A stretch of 61,203 nucleotides of DNA, filler included, from a candidate division TA06 bacterium SM23_40 (GTDB taxonomy: Bacteria > LJUI01 > SM1-40), in assembly GCA_001303705.1 (NCBI GenBank). It is 6 parts of 6 records of this genome, joined end to end, with 100 filler letters (N's around TTAATTAATTAA, not from the genome) between each part and the next. Parts side by side here need not be neighbours in the genome. Positions count along the whole stretch, not along the records: positions 45,674 to 54,524 come from LJUI01000136.1; positions 54,625 to 61,203 come from LJUI01000139.1; 4 more parts are not named here. One strand, given 5' to 3'. The notes beneath the pieces were generated by a model. It did no database searches, was not told the DNA's origin, and saw only the letters and a program-made list of their open reading frames with translations. Both the position numbers and the translations under genes were made by a program. Positions 47,451 through 57,055 of the stretch are shown piece by piece. Position 1 is the stretch's first letter, and each line of letters starts with the position of its first letter.

Positions 47451-49406
47451 TCAGTCCTGCGGCTGTGGGGATCTCGGTTCGACGAAGATGACCTTCTCCT
47501 GAGAGAGAATGACGACGCCCGGTTGTGCTCCCCGGGGCTTGCGCACATGGCGCCTCTCGGTGTACGCCACGGGGACGATGCCGGAGGACCGCGCCTTGCT
47601 GAAGTGGGCGGCGATCGATGCTGCATCGAGTATATCGGACTTGTCGGGTTGAATGCGTCCGTCGTCAGTAATAAGGATCGTATGGGAGCCCGGGACGCCT
47701 CGGGCGTGGAGAAAGATGTCACGCGGGCGAGCGACCTTGAAGGTGAGGAGATCGTTCTCCTGGTTATCGCGTCCGACAAGGATCGTGAGACCCCGTCGGG
47801 TAGCGAATCGGCGGGGGACGGCCCGGGGCAGCCGGTCGAAAGCCGGCCTGGCCGATGGCGGCTGTCGAGCACGGGCCAACCCGATCCCCTGATCGGCGAG
47901 CGCACGCCTGATCTCTCGGAGATCCTCCTCGGCCCGTTCCGGAGTCAACGACATACATGTGCGGAGGCCGGTCTCGGACGGCACCGGCTCTCCCATCTGC
48001 CACGCACGGATCGTTTCAATCCTTGTGCCGAGCGCCCGCAGAGCCCCGAGTTTCTCCAGAGTGCTTCGTATCCTCGTTTCGATCTGCCTCCTGCCGCGCC
48101 TCGCCTTGCGCGCTCGACGAAAATAGGAGATCGCGTTCTGGCGTGGTGACAGATCCGGTTCCAGTTCGACCGAGATCTTTCTCTCTCCGCCCTCGTGGTA
48201 GCCTGTAAGGTCGACCTGCTCCATTCCGCGATCGATCCTGTCGAGGTTCGCGATGATGAGTTCGCCCTTCATCTGAAGGGTGAGGGCATCGTCGGTGGCT
48301 TCGAGATCGGAGAGCTGCTTCTCCTCGAGCCTCTCATAGCGCTTGATCGACCTCCTGATCATCTTCGCAAGCTGTGAGATCTCGCTGCGTCTCGATTCGG
48401 CTCGGGCCCGGAGGCGGGCGAACGTTTCTATCGCCTCGCTCATCGAGGTTGGCCGGTCTGCCTCTACGTCCTCCAACAGGGAGAGCGGGAGGGCGGAGAT
48501 GGCGATGGGTTCTCCTCGCTGTACGTAAACCAGTGGAGTGAAATGTCTGTCCCTCACATCCCGCGCCACCCTGGACAGATTGTGGGCCAGCCGATGTGAG
48601 ACTTCGGGATCTCTGACAGCATCCTCCGCGGCGATGCCCGTATCGTGGAGTACCTCTCGGGCGAGAAGGGGGGAGAGTCCTCGCACCAGGCCGACAAGAC
48701 CCCTGACAAACGTCTCCTGTATATCCGCAGGTTCTCCGGCGCTCGCCTCGTCTGGCGTGATCGAGAGGATTCGCTCAATCGTCCGTTGACTCTCTTCTGG
48801 ATCGGCACATTCCGGGAGCGTCACCTGATGAGAGGGCCGAGCCTCCCGCTCAGTCTCCGGGATCGAGTCGAGACCCGGTGCACGACCCGCTGCCATCGCC
48901 TCCGCTGCCAGCCCCAACCGCTCGCGCATCGGTGGTGTAGGCGGTGCATAGAGTTCACCCAGGACGAGCCGGCCATGGCCTGGTTTCGATATCGCACTCC
49001 CCTTCCAGGCGTCGAGGACCCGATCATCTCGGTCCGTAAGGATGACATTCGGGCTGCGCGGGATGAGTTCACATAGGAGATGATAGTCGCTCGATTCGCC
49101 GGCCCCGAAGGAGAGCCTCAACAGACGATCAAGATCGATCTGGTCGACCCGGAGGAGTGTTGTTCTCTCGAGCCGGGATCGCACTGCGCCCACGAACGGG
49201 ATCTCAAGTGAGACACCTTTGAGGGACGATCCGGTCAGGAGCAGGTGGGGAAAGGAACGATCGAGAGAGATCAGGAGTCTGGCCATTGAGGTGGCGATGA
49301 GGAGATCGTCCTGGCTGACCTGGCGGACTGTCTTCACGATCGCGGTGCCGAGCTCGGCGTTCAGCTCGAGGGCGAGTGCCCGCACAGCGATGTTGTCGAG
49401 ACTCAT
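47451..49406 (-). CDS. rqcH: RqcH/FbpA (NFACT) ribosome quality-control protein
   Basis: MSLD...ALALEL, Q..LDR, EL...NVILTD, GLSPLLARE, QNA..YF..ARKA, VGRDNQEND, FLHARGVPGSH, V.KP.GA.PG. Confidence 0.9.
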   Translation of the reverse strand: MSLDNIAVRALALELNAELGTAIVKTVRQVSQDDLLIATSMARLLISLDRSFPHLLLTGSSLKGVSLEIPFVGAVRSRLERTTLLRVDQIDLDRLLRLSFGAGESSDYHLLCELIPRSPNVILTDRDDRVLDAWKGSAISKPGHGRLVLGELYAPPTPPMRERLGLAAEAMAAGRAPGLDSIPETEREARPSHQVTLPECADPEESQRTIERILSITPDEASAGEPADIQETFVRGLVGLVRGLSPLLAREVLHDTGIAAEDAVRDPEVSHRLAHNLSRVARDVRDRHFTPLVYVQRGEPIAISALPLSLLEDVEADRPTSMSEAIETFARLRARAESRRSEISQLAKMIRRSIKRYERLEEKQLSDLEATDDALTLQMKGELIIANLDRIDRGMEQVDLTGYHEGGERKISVELEPDLSPRQNAISYFRRARKARRGRRQIETRIRSTLEKLGALRALGTRIETIRAWQMGEPVPSETGLRTCMSLTPERAEEDLREIRRALADQGIGLARARQPPSARPAFDRLPRAVPRRFATRRGLTILVGRDNQENDLLTFKVARPRDIFLHARGVPGSHTILITDDGRIQPDKSDILDAASIAAHFSKARSSGIVPVAYTERRHVRKPRGAQPGVVILSQEKVIFVEPRSPQPQD

Positions 49407-49878
49407 AGCCGGCCTCCTCTCGGTCCGTTGACCTATCCATCCGCCGTCATGTGCAGACCGACCCCTTCTCCAATCTAGTATATGTGCGGATTCTCGCTCC
49501 TGTCAACAGGAGGCCTCGCTCCAGACGACCTATCGCGAGTCCGCCTGCCTCGCCGAAGGCCTGGTGTGGGAACGGCCAGACATAAGCGAACGTCCTGGCT
49601 GAGGCAGCCTCGCGGCCGGAAGAAGGTCTACACACCACCGCCTGAGCACCTCTGGAGGAGGCGGGACGAGCCGGCTTCGTGGAGCGAGAAACGGCAGCAG
49701 CAAGCAACAGCTGTCTGTGCCAAGCTAAATAGGACATTTCTATTTTGGTAAGAACCGGCCATTTCTTGTCTCTGGCATTGACAGCGGGAGGGAAAACGGT
49801 TGACGCTCGGCAGGCCGTGTGTTAGATTGTGCCAAACATTGCGGCCTGTGTGCGATTTCACAGAGGATGTGAACAGCT

Positions 49879-52578
49879 ATGACTGAACTACCTAAGGCAT
49901 ATGACCCCAAGGCGGTCGAGGAGAAGTGGTACCGGTTCTGGGAGGATGAGGGTCTGTTCGAAGCCGAGATCGACGAGGGGAAAGAACCCTTCACCATCGT
50001 CATCCCGCCTCCCAACATCACCGGCATCCTGACGATGGGTCATGTGCTCAACAATATGCTGCAAGATGTCCTCATCCGCTGGAGGCGGATGGAAGGCAGG
50101 GAGACACTCTGGCTTCCGGGTACTGACCACGCAGGGATCGCCACCCAGAATGTGGTTGAGCGTGAGCTGGCAAAGGAGGGTCTCACCCGCCACGACCTGG
50201 GGAGGGAGGAGTTCGTCGGCAGGGTGTGGAAGTGGCGGGAGCGGTTCGGGCGTACGATCATCCTCCAGCTCAAGCGTATCGGCTGCTCGTGTGATTGGCG
50301 TCGGGAGCGGTTCACGCTCGACGAGGGGCTGTCGAACGCTGTCTTCGAGGTCTTCACCCGGCTGTACAAGAAGGGCCTCATCTATCGCGGCGAATATATC
50401 ATCAACTGGTGTCCGCGCTGCAGCACCGCCCTTGCCGACGAGGAGGTGGAGCATCGCGACCATCACGCGAAGCTCTACTACATCACGTATCCGTTGAAGG
50501 ACGCCGACGGTTTTGTGACGGTCGCGACGACGAGGCCCGAGACGATGCTCGGAGACACAGCCGTGGCGGTTCACCCCGCTGATAAGCGCTACAGAAACCT
50601 GGTGGGAAAGACTGTCATCCTTCCGCTCGCCGGGCGCGAGCTGCCGATCGTCGCCGACGAGGCGATCGACCTCGACGTAGGGACCGGAGCACTCAAGGTG
50701 ACGCCCGCCCACGATCCCGTCGATTTCGAAATCGCCGAACGCCACGGGCTGGAGCGAGTCGTGGTGATCGGCGAGGATGGGAAGATGAGCGACGGGGCCC
50801 CACCTGCCTATCGAGGCATGGACAGGTACGAGTGCCGTGACGCTGTCATGAAGGACCTCGAGGCGCAGGGGCTCGTGGAGAAGGTGGAGCCGTATGATCA
50901 CGCGGTGGGTCACTGCTACCGCTGCGACGCCGTCATCGAACCGTATCTCTCGAAGCAGTGGTTTGTGAAGATGAAGCCGCTTGCCGAGCCGGCTATCAGA
51001 GCCGTCGAGACCGGGAAAGTTCGCCTGTACCCTGAGCGCTGGACAAAGGTGTACCTGCACTGGATGCACAACATCAGAGACTGGTGCATCTCGCGCCAGA
51101 TCTGGTGGGGCCACCGCATACCGATCTGGTATTGTGAGGGATGTGGTGAGATGGTCATCTCGAAACAGGCACCGGCCGCCTGCGAGGCGTGCGGTGGTAA
51201 AGAGTTCAAGCAGGATGAAGATGTGCTCGATACCTGGTTTTCGTCATGGCTCTGGCCGTTCTCGACGCTCGGCTGGCCTGAGGAGACTGAAGAGCTCGGC
51301 TATTTCTATCCTACACAGGTGCTCGTCACGGGGCCGGACATCATCTTCTTCTGGGTGGCACGGATGATCATGGCCGCGCTCGAGTTCGTGGGCGAGATTC
51401 CGTTCCACGACGTCTATCTCCACGTCATCATCCGTGACCTGGAGGGCCGGATGATGAGCAAGTCGCTCGGCAACTCCCCTGATCCGCTCGAGCTGATCGA
51501 CGAGTTCGGCGCGGACGCACTGCGCTTCGGCCTCATGCTCATCGCCCCCCAGGAAGCCGATATCCTGTTCGGAAAGGAACGTCTGGAGACAGGCCGCCAC
51601 TTCTGTAACAAGCTGTGGAACGCGTCGCGCTTCCTCCTGATGAATATCCAGCCCGATGACGTTGACGATCTCACAGAGCTGTCAGAGAGCTTCCGGGCTG
51701 ACGGCAAGGGTACCGGATTCAAGGATGCCATCGGAGACGACCGCCTCGAGCTCGACGATCGCTGGATCCTGAGTCGGTTCAATGTTGCGGTGGGAAGGGT
51801 CTCGTCCTCTCTCGGAGCGTACCGTTTCAATGAAGTTTCGCGCATTCTCTACGACTTCATGTGGCACGAGCTCTGCGACTGGTACCTCGAAACCATCAAG
51901 GATCGCCTGTACGGCGACGATGCAGCGGCACGGCGGACGGCGCTCGCGGTGGCCCTCCACTGTCTCGACGGCTCGATCCGTCTGTTGCACCCGTTCATGC
52001 CGTTCATAACGGAGGAGATCTGGCAGCGCCTTCCTCACCGCGGTGCGAGCATTATGACGTCCCCGTGGCCGAGGCAGGAGGAGGAATTGGCGGATAAGGC
52101 TGTCGAGCGTCAGATGGGACTCCTCCAGGAGATCATCGGCACGATACGGAACATCAGAGGCGAGATGAACATACCTCCGAACAAGCACGCGCGCTGCCTC
52201 CTCCGATGCTCAAACGACGATACAGCTGCCCTCCTTCGATCAGGGGAACGGTATATCAGGAACCTGGCGAAGGTCGATGGCCTGGAGATCGGTCCAGACC
52301 TCGATCGCCCGGATCAGTCTGCCAGCGGAGTGGTCGAGGACGTGGAGATATTTGTCCCCCTGGCCGGACTCATTGATTTCGACGTCGAGAGGACAAGGCT
52401 GGAGAAGGAAGTCGAGCGTGCGGGACGTGATCTTGAGCGGGCTCTGCAGCGACTCTCCAACAGGGAGTTCCTCGCCAAGGCACCCCAGGCGGTCATCGAT
52501 CAGCAGCGGGAGCTGAAGGTCGAGCTCGAGGGAAAACTGGAGCGCCTTCGCGAGAGCCTCGACGTGTTGACCCGCTAG
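49879..52578 (+). CDS. valS: Valine--tRNA ligase
   Basis: PPPNITG.L.MGH, GTDHAGIATQ, ATTRPET, DWCISRQIWWGH, DVLDTWFSS, MSKS, C-terminal coiled coil. Confidence 0.97.
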   Translation: MTELPKAYDPKAVEEKWYRFWEDEGLFEAEIDEGKEPFTIVIPPPNITGILTMGHVLNNMLQDVLIRWRRMEGRETLWLPGTDHAGIATQNVVERELAKEGLTRHDLGREEFVGRVWKWRERFGRTIILQLKRIGCSCDWRRERFTLDEGLSNAVFEVFTRLYKKGLIYRGEYIINWCPRCSTALADEEVEHRDHHAKLYYITYPLKDADGFVTVATTRPETMLGDTAVAVHPADKRYRNLVGKTVILPLAGRELPIVADEAIDLDVGTGALKVTPAHDPVDFEIAERHGLERVVVIGEDGKMSDGAPPAYRGMDRYECRDAVMKDLEAQGLVEKVEPYDHAVGHCYRCDAVIEPYLSKQWFVKMKPLAEPAIRAVETGKVRLYPERWTKVYLHWMHNIRDWCISRQIWWGHRIPIWYCEGCGEMVISKQAPAACEACGGKEFKQDEDVLDTWFSSWLWPFSTLGWPEETEELGYFYPTQVLVTGPDIIFFWVARMIMAALEFVGEIPFHDVYLHVIIRDLEGRMMSKSLGNSPDPLELIDEFGADALRFGLMLIAPQEADILFGKERLETGRHFCNKLWNASRFLLMNIQPDDVDDLTELSESFRADGKGTGFKDAIGDDRLELDDRWILSRFNVAVGRVSSSLGAYRFNEVSRILYDFMWHELCDWYLETIKDRLYGDDAAARRTALAVALHCLDGSIRLLHPFMPFITEEIWQRLPHRGASIMTSPWPRQEEELADKAVERQMGLLQEIIGTIRNIRGEMNIPPNKHARCLLRCSNDDTAALLRSGERYIRNLAKVDGLEIGPDLDRPDQSASGVVEDVEIFVPLAGLIDFDVERTRLEKEVERAGRDLERALQRLSNREFLAKAPQAVIDQQRELKVELEGKLERLRESLDVLTR

Positions 52579-52701
52579 CCGGCGGACAGGGCGCGATTCC
52601 CCTTTTCACGTAATCCCGCGGATGTAATGCTGGTAAGTCCCCGTTGAGCTGACATAGAGCGTTCGGACCGAGGGCCCGATAGGTCCGGAGCGGAGGACGT
52701 A

Positions 52702-53184
52702 ATGGACCCGGATCAGGTGACAGAGAAACTGATCGATTCCGTGCGGCGTTTTCTCGACTTGGTGAGAAGTCTCGATCCACACACCTACAGAAGACGGGTT
52801 ACGGGCCAGTGGTCCACGCACGAGATCACCGCACACCTTGCTGGTTGGAACCGGCTGATGATAGAAGCATGTGAGACCATTCGAAAGGGGATGCTGCCCG
52901 GGTATTTCGGGGAGATAGCGACGAACATGGCCCAGGTCAATGCCCGGCTCGTCGAGGAGTATGCCGGTCTGAGTCAAAACGAGCTGTGTCAGCGGACCGA
53001 GGCCACGCTCGATGAGCTCCTCCGTTATGCATCTCGGCTGCCGGCAGGTGATCTGACACGCGATTTCGGCGTCCGCGTGAGAAATGAGGTCGTTGTAACC
53101 CTTCTAGGCAGTCTCGACGTACTCGCCCAGGACTACGATCACCACCGGGAGCAGATCCTGAAGATGCTGGAGCATGGTGCGTGA
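52702..53184 (+). CDS. DinB/ClbS-DfsB-like four-helix bundle protein
   Basis: WSTHEITAHLAGW and terminal DHHREQI motifs. RBS GGAGG. Confidence 0.78.
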   Translation: MDPDQVTEKLIDSVRRFLDLVRSLDPHTYRRRVTGQWSTHEITAHLAGWNRLMIEACETIRKGMLPGYFGEIATNMAQVNARLVEEYAGLSQNELCQRTEATLDELLRYASRLPAGDLTRDFGVRVRNEVVVTLLGSLDVLAQDYDHHREQILKMLEHGA

Positions 53185-53346
53185 TTGCCTGAGGTGAATG
53201 GGTCCTCCCGGGCACACTTTCCCTGTGCCTCGTGATTTTTGTGCTTCATGATCAACCGGCCGGTCCTTCGCGTCCCGTGTCTCCCTGAGTGCGCCAACTC
53301 AACCATCTCACCCTCCTCGGTTGCGCCGTCCGCAGGGCGCCAGGAC

Positions 53347-53401
53347 GTCTCCGGGCCCATGCCATCTCCGGGCCCACGCCGTCTCCGGGCCCATGCCATC
53401 T
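53347..53401. repeat. 17-bp tandem repeat, three copies
   Basis: Unit (G/A)TCTCCGGGCCCA(T/C)GCC. Confidence 0.9.
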
Positions 53402-53609
53402 GTATCGGACGGCCGTTGAGAGCGGGCTCCCCTGTGCCGACAGTTCGTTTGACTTTCGCCCGTCTCCGGTGGTAGTCTGTGGGCGGCCGAGAAGGGCCAT
53501 CTGACCGGATTGGGCCCTCCCTCCGGAGTGGGAGTGTAAGAGGATGCACAGAAGGGCCTGACGGGCTGAATACGATGGGAATTCGACGCTTTTCCGGGGA
53601 TAGAGTGAG

Positions 53610-54524
53610 ATGAGAGAGATCGACGGATCGTACGGTGAGGGAGGCGGTCAGATACTGAGGACGAGCATCGCGCTCTCCCTCATCCGGGGAGTGCCGGTGA
53701 CGATCAGCCGCGTTCGCGCCGGGCGCAGGCGGCCCGGCCTCAGACCTCAGCACCTCGCATGCGTGCGCGCCGCGGCCGAGATCTCGGGGGCGCAGGTCGA
53801 GGGGGCGGAGATCGGATCTCAGCAGGTCTCGATCGTCCCCGGTCCGGTAAGACCGGGGAGGTACACATTCGATGTGGCAGAGGAACAGGGGAGCGCAGGG
53901 TCTGTGGCGCTGATGCTTCAGACGATTCTACCTGTTCTCCCTCTCGCCGGTGCTCCGTCCGAGCTCGTCCTGCGCGGGGGAACGCATGTGCCGATGAGTC
54001 CGCCCGCCCATTATGTGAGGTCGGTGCTCTGTCCCGTGTTGGCCCTGCTCGGAGCGCGGGTCGAGGTCGAGATCAGGCGTTGCGGGTACTACCCGCGCGG
54101 GGGCGGGGAGATCGCTGTGCGCATCTCGCCCTCGGGCGGCCTCAAACCCCTCGTCTTGGGCGAGCGCGGTGCGCTCGAGAGGATCGTCGGCCTCTCTGGT
54201 GTGACGAAGCTCCCGCTCAGCATCGCGGAGCGGCAGCGTTCTGAGGTACTCCGCCGGCTTGAGCACCTCGGCACTCCTGTGGAGATCGATGCCGCTGAGC
54301 TCCCCGGGCGATGGCCCGGCACGTTTGTCCACCTCGCGGCAGAGTGCGAGAGAGGATTGGGCGGAGCCAATGCCCTGGGACGGCCGGGGAAGAGAGCAGA
54401 ACAGGTGGGCGATGAGGCAGCCGGGGAACTTCTCCAGTTCCTCAGCTCGTCGGCGCCGGTCGATCCTCACCTGGCCGATCAGCTTGTCGTCTTTCTCGCC
54501 CTTGCCAGCGGAGCTTCAGAGGTG
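53610..54524 (+). CDS. rtcA: RNA 3'-terminal phosphate cyclase (3' truncated)
   Basis: IDGSYGEGGGQILR, RPGLRPQHL, GGTHVPMSP, GYYPRGGG, VDPHLADQL. Confidence 0.95.
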
Positions 54525-54624
54525 NNNNNNNNNNNNNNNNNNNNNNNNNNNNNNNNNNNNNNNNNNNNTTAATTAATTAANNNNNNNNNNNNNNNNNNNN
54601 NNNNNNNNNNNNNNNNNNNNNNNN
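54525..54624. other. Artificial contig linker
   Basis: N-TTAATTAATTAA-N. Confidence 0.98.
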
Positions 54625-55001
54625 TTCGCTTTCAACACCGCCTCGAGCTGCGGACGGACCTTCGCGTCGACGCTGTTCAGGATCTCTTCGATCCCGGGCT
54701 TGTCGTCGTCGCCCTCGCTCTTCTTCGCGGGATAGGGATAGCCGGCGAGGGACGCCAGCATCGAGAAGACGCCTTGCGGGATCTTGCCCTTCTCGACGCC
54801 GCCAAGCGCCTTCAGGGCCGTCTTGACAGCCTCGAGATCATCGCCGGCCAGCTTCTCGGCCTTGGCGATCTCCTCGAGCTGCTCCATCAGCTCCTTGGAC
54901 ATACCTTCCTCCGATTTTTGAAAGAGACGTTTTGCGCGGTTGGCCGGGCGCTTGACAGGAGAGAGCTCAAGCACCTCAAGTTCTTCTAGCCATGTGCTCA
55001 T
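54625..55001 (-). CDS. Probable phage scaffold protein N-terminus (3' truncated)
   Basis: LEELEVLELSPVKRPAN...FQKS start followed by charged helical sequence; located after the protease gene. Confidence 0.6.
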
Positions 55002-55034
55002 GGCCTTACAGGAAAGTGGATAAGAGATTAAGTG

Positions 55035-55391
55035 TCAAGCAATCAGGAGCACAAATTTTCCGAGCTTCCGCTTGACCTCTCCCAGCGTGGTGTCTGGGGA
55101 GAAAATTCTGGCACCATCATTCCCGACGGCGATGAGTTCGCCAGCAAGGCGTGGACGGTCCTTCAGCGGCTCAGCCCGATCGACCAGGGCGAGAATCGCG
55201 GATGTCTTCCCCTTGCCATTGCTGAGGCGCCGAGCATCGCGGATGTCCTGTTCGCTCCATGAGAGACGTCGGCGCCTTCCCTCTCCGCTACAAGATGGAT
55301 TCAGAATGCCCTCGCGAACCCAGAACTGCAGACGGGATACCGGGATCCCGGTCTGCTCAGAAACTTCTTTTGTCGAATACGCTTCAGTCAC
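55035..55391 (-). CDS. MerR-type helix-turn-helix DNA-binding protein
   Basis: YSTKEVSEQTGIPVSRLQFWVREGILNPS...RRLSWSEQDI. Confidence 0.85.
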   Translation of the reverse strand: MTEAYSTKEVSEQTGIPVSRLQFWVREGILNPSCSGEGRRRRLSWSEQDIRDARRLSNGKGKTSAILALVDRAEPLKDRPRLAGELIAVGNDGARIFSPDTTLGEVKRKLGKFVLLIA

Positions 55392-56385
55392 GGATCACCT
55401 TCGCGGCGTAGCCGCCCCACGAGATTCCGTAATCCCCGTCGATGACCTGCTTCCAAAGCGCCTTGTCCGGATAGTGAATACCGGCGATCCAATCGCCAGG
55501 CTCGACGCGCCTGCCATGAAAGGTCTTCACATCGTCTGGTATCAGCAGATTTTCCACAAGTCGAGCTCTGCCATCGATGGGCTGTCCATGCTCAAACTTC
55601 AGCTTCTGAGAGTTCATGTAGCCATAGCAGCCCTTCTCGATCTCTTCGCGGCTGATTTGATGCCCATGGGTATCCATCATCCCGGGCCGGGCCACGAGGT
55701 AATAGGCGATCTGCTTTTCTGGAGCTGCACAGAGAATCGGGACGAGCGATCGATCTTCATCATCTTCCGATTTCTGCTGCTTCAGCCGGCCAATCACTGC
55801 TTTCACGCCGTCGGTGATATCGATGGTGCGAAACGAACCCTCCTGGAAATCTCCCGGGTCGCGCTGTCGGACGCGCCAACCGCTGTCTGTTTCGTCGATC
55901 CCCGGGTTCGGGCTGAGCTTGAAATCGTGGTCCTTGATCCAGGCGCGCACCGATGCCTCGGTGGGGAACTTGTCCTTGTCGAAGATCAGGGTCTGGATCT
56001 CGGTCGGATCTGCTCCGGCGTAGGAGAGAAGCTCGCGCACCTGTTCAGACTTTTCCACGAACCCGCGCCGCTTGGCCTCGCCGTTGATGGTTTCAACTGC
56101 CTCTGCGAGCCCCTCGATCTCGTCGCCGCGTCGTCCAGCCTGTCTGCTCCATCGCGAGAGCGCAGAGCGAATTGCTCGCAGATCGTCATCTGACAGCCCC
56201 TTGGCCTTGTCGGCAATCATGGTTAGGGCGATCTTCTCGAGCGGCGAGATCATCGGAGACCGCCAGGAGGCATCACCGCCGGCCTTCGGAAGCGCCTGTT
56301 GGTGAAGCTGTTGATAAACCCATGACGGCAGGTTGTCACGTGCTGCCGCCAGGAACCGGCTGAGATATTCTGGCGTCGGGCTCAT
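55384..56385 (-). CDS. XkdF-like putative prohead serine protease with extra N-terminal domains
   Basis: C-terminal KQIAY.LV..P...DTHG..I..EEIEK....M...EH...VE...GDW....D..LW..V..G..GISWGG. Confidence 0.75.
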   Translation of the reverse strand: MSPTPEYLSRFLAAARDNLPSWVYQQLHQQALPKAGGDASWRSPMISPLEKIALTMIADKAKGLSDDDLRAIRSALSRWSRQAGRRGDEIEGLAEAVETINGEAKRRGFVEKSEQVRELLSYAGADPTEIQTLIFDKDKFPTEASVRAWIKDHDFKLSPNPGIDETDSGWRVRQRDPGDFQEGSFRTIDITDGVKAVIGRLKQQKSEDDEDRSLVPILCAAPEKQIAYYLVARPGMMDTHGHQISREEIEKGCYGYMNSQKLKFEHGQPIDGRARLVENLLIPDDVKTFHGRRVEPGDWIAGIHYPDKALWKQVIDGDYGISWGGYAAKVIRD

Positions 56386-56606
56386 GGCTCTATCTCCAGT
56401 TTCGGGACAATGACCAGCCTCGGGGGCTCATCGATCGGTTTGCGCTCCCCTGCTTCGATCTTTCGTAGCAGTGCACGGGTCTCTTCTGCCCGGGCCTCGA
56501 AGAATCCCGCGACGTGCTCCAATTGCGGGATTGTGAACTTGCCAGCATCCAGGGTCGCAGTCACGACGGCGTACATGATTTCGATTGCCTGTTTCGTCTT
56601 GTCCAT
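56382..56606 (-). CDS. Phage hypothetical protein
   Basis: Start and stop overlap both neighbouring genes. Confidence 0.7.
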   Translation of the reverse strand: MDKTKQAIEIMYAVVTATLDAGKFTIPQLEHVAGFFEARAEETRALLRKIEAGERKPIDEPPRLVIVPKLEIEP

Positions 56607-57055
56607 CACTTCCCCCGCCTGAATTGCATGGGTTCAAGTCGCGGGATCTTCTGCTGCTCCGGAGGTGGCGGGGCTGGCTCGGGTGGCGGTCGCTTGGCGG
56701 GCTTCGCCGGTCGCTTCTCGCCGCGAAGCGTGTTCAGCACCTTGGGTCGTGGCCGGCGGGCGCGGGTCTCGGCAAGCTGGCGCTCGAGCTGCTCTGCCTT
56801 GGCCTGGAGTGCTCCGGCGCTGATCCCGGCCTGGTGACCCTGAAAGAAGATCATCCGTCGGGCGAGCTTCTCGAGCTTCTCGGACTGAGCGTTGATCACG
56901 GCTTCCTGCTTGGCTACCCGCTCGCTGAGCTGCTCAAGCATCCGGTCAACCGCGCCCTCCGCGCTGTCGCCCTTCGAATAGCCCATGGCTGCGGCGATCG
57001 CCGCGACCGCGATCACCGTGTTCCTGATGCCCTCGACGAGCTTGCGCGTGTCCAT
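56606..57055 (-). CDS. Phage hypothetical protein (hydrophobic N-terminal helix, coiled coil, Pro-rich tail)
   Basis: TGATG overlap with the gpF-like gene, VIAVAAIAAAMG segment, PPPEPAPPPP. Confidence 0.7.
   Translation of the reverse strand: MDTRKLVEGIRNTVIAVAAIAAAMGYSKGDSAEGAVDRMLEQLSERVAKQEAVINAQSEKLEKLARRMIFFQGHQAGISAGALQAKAEQLERQLAETRARRPRPKVLNTLRGEKRPAKPAKRPPPEPAPPPPEQQKIPRLEPMQFRRGK

Noticed and set aside
49407-49878. T-box leader upstream of valS
   Set aside because: No T-box consensus (GGTGGNACCGCG) or terminator/antiterminator was recognisable; this is probably a divergent promoter region.
7845-54624. Five identical TTAATTAATTAA motifs within N-runs
   Set aside because: Artificial six-frame-stop linkers. 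Adjacency across them (for example rtcA next to the phage module) carries no biological meaning.
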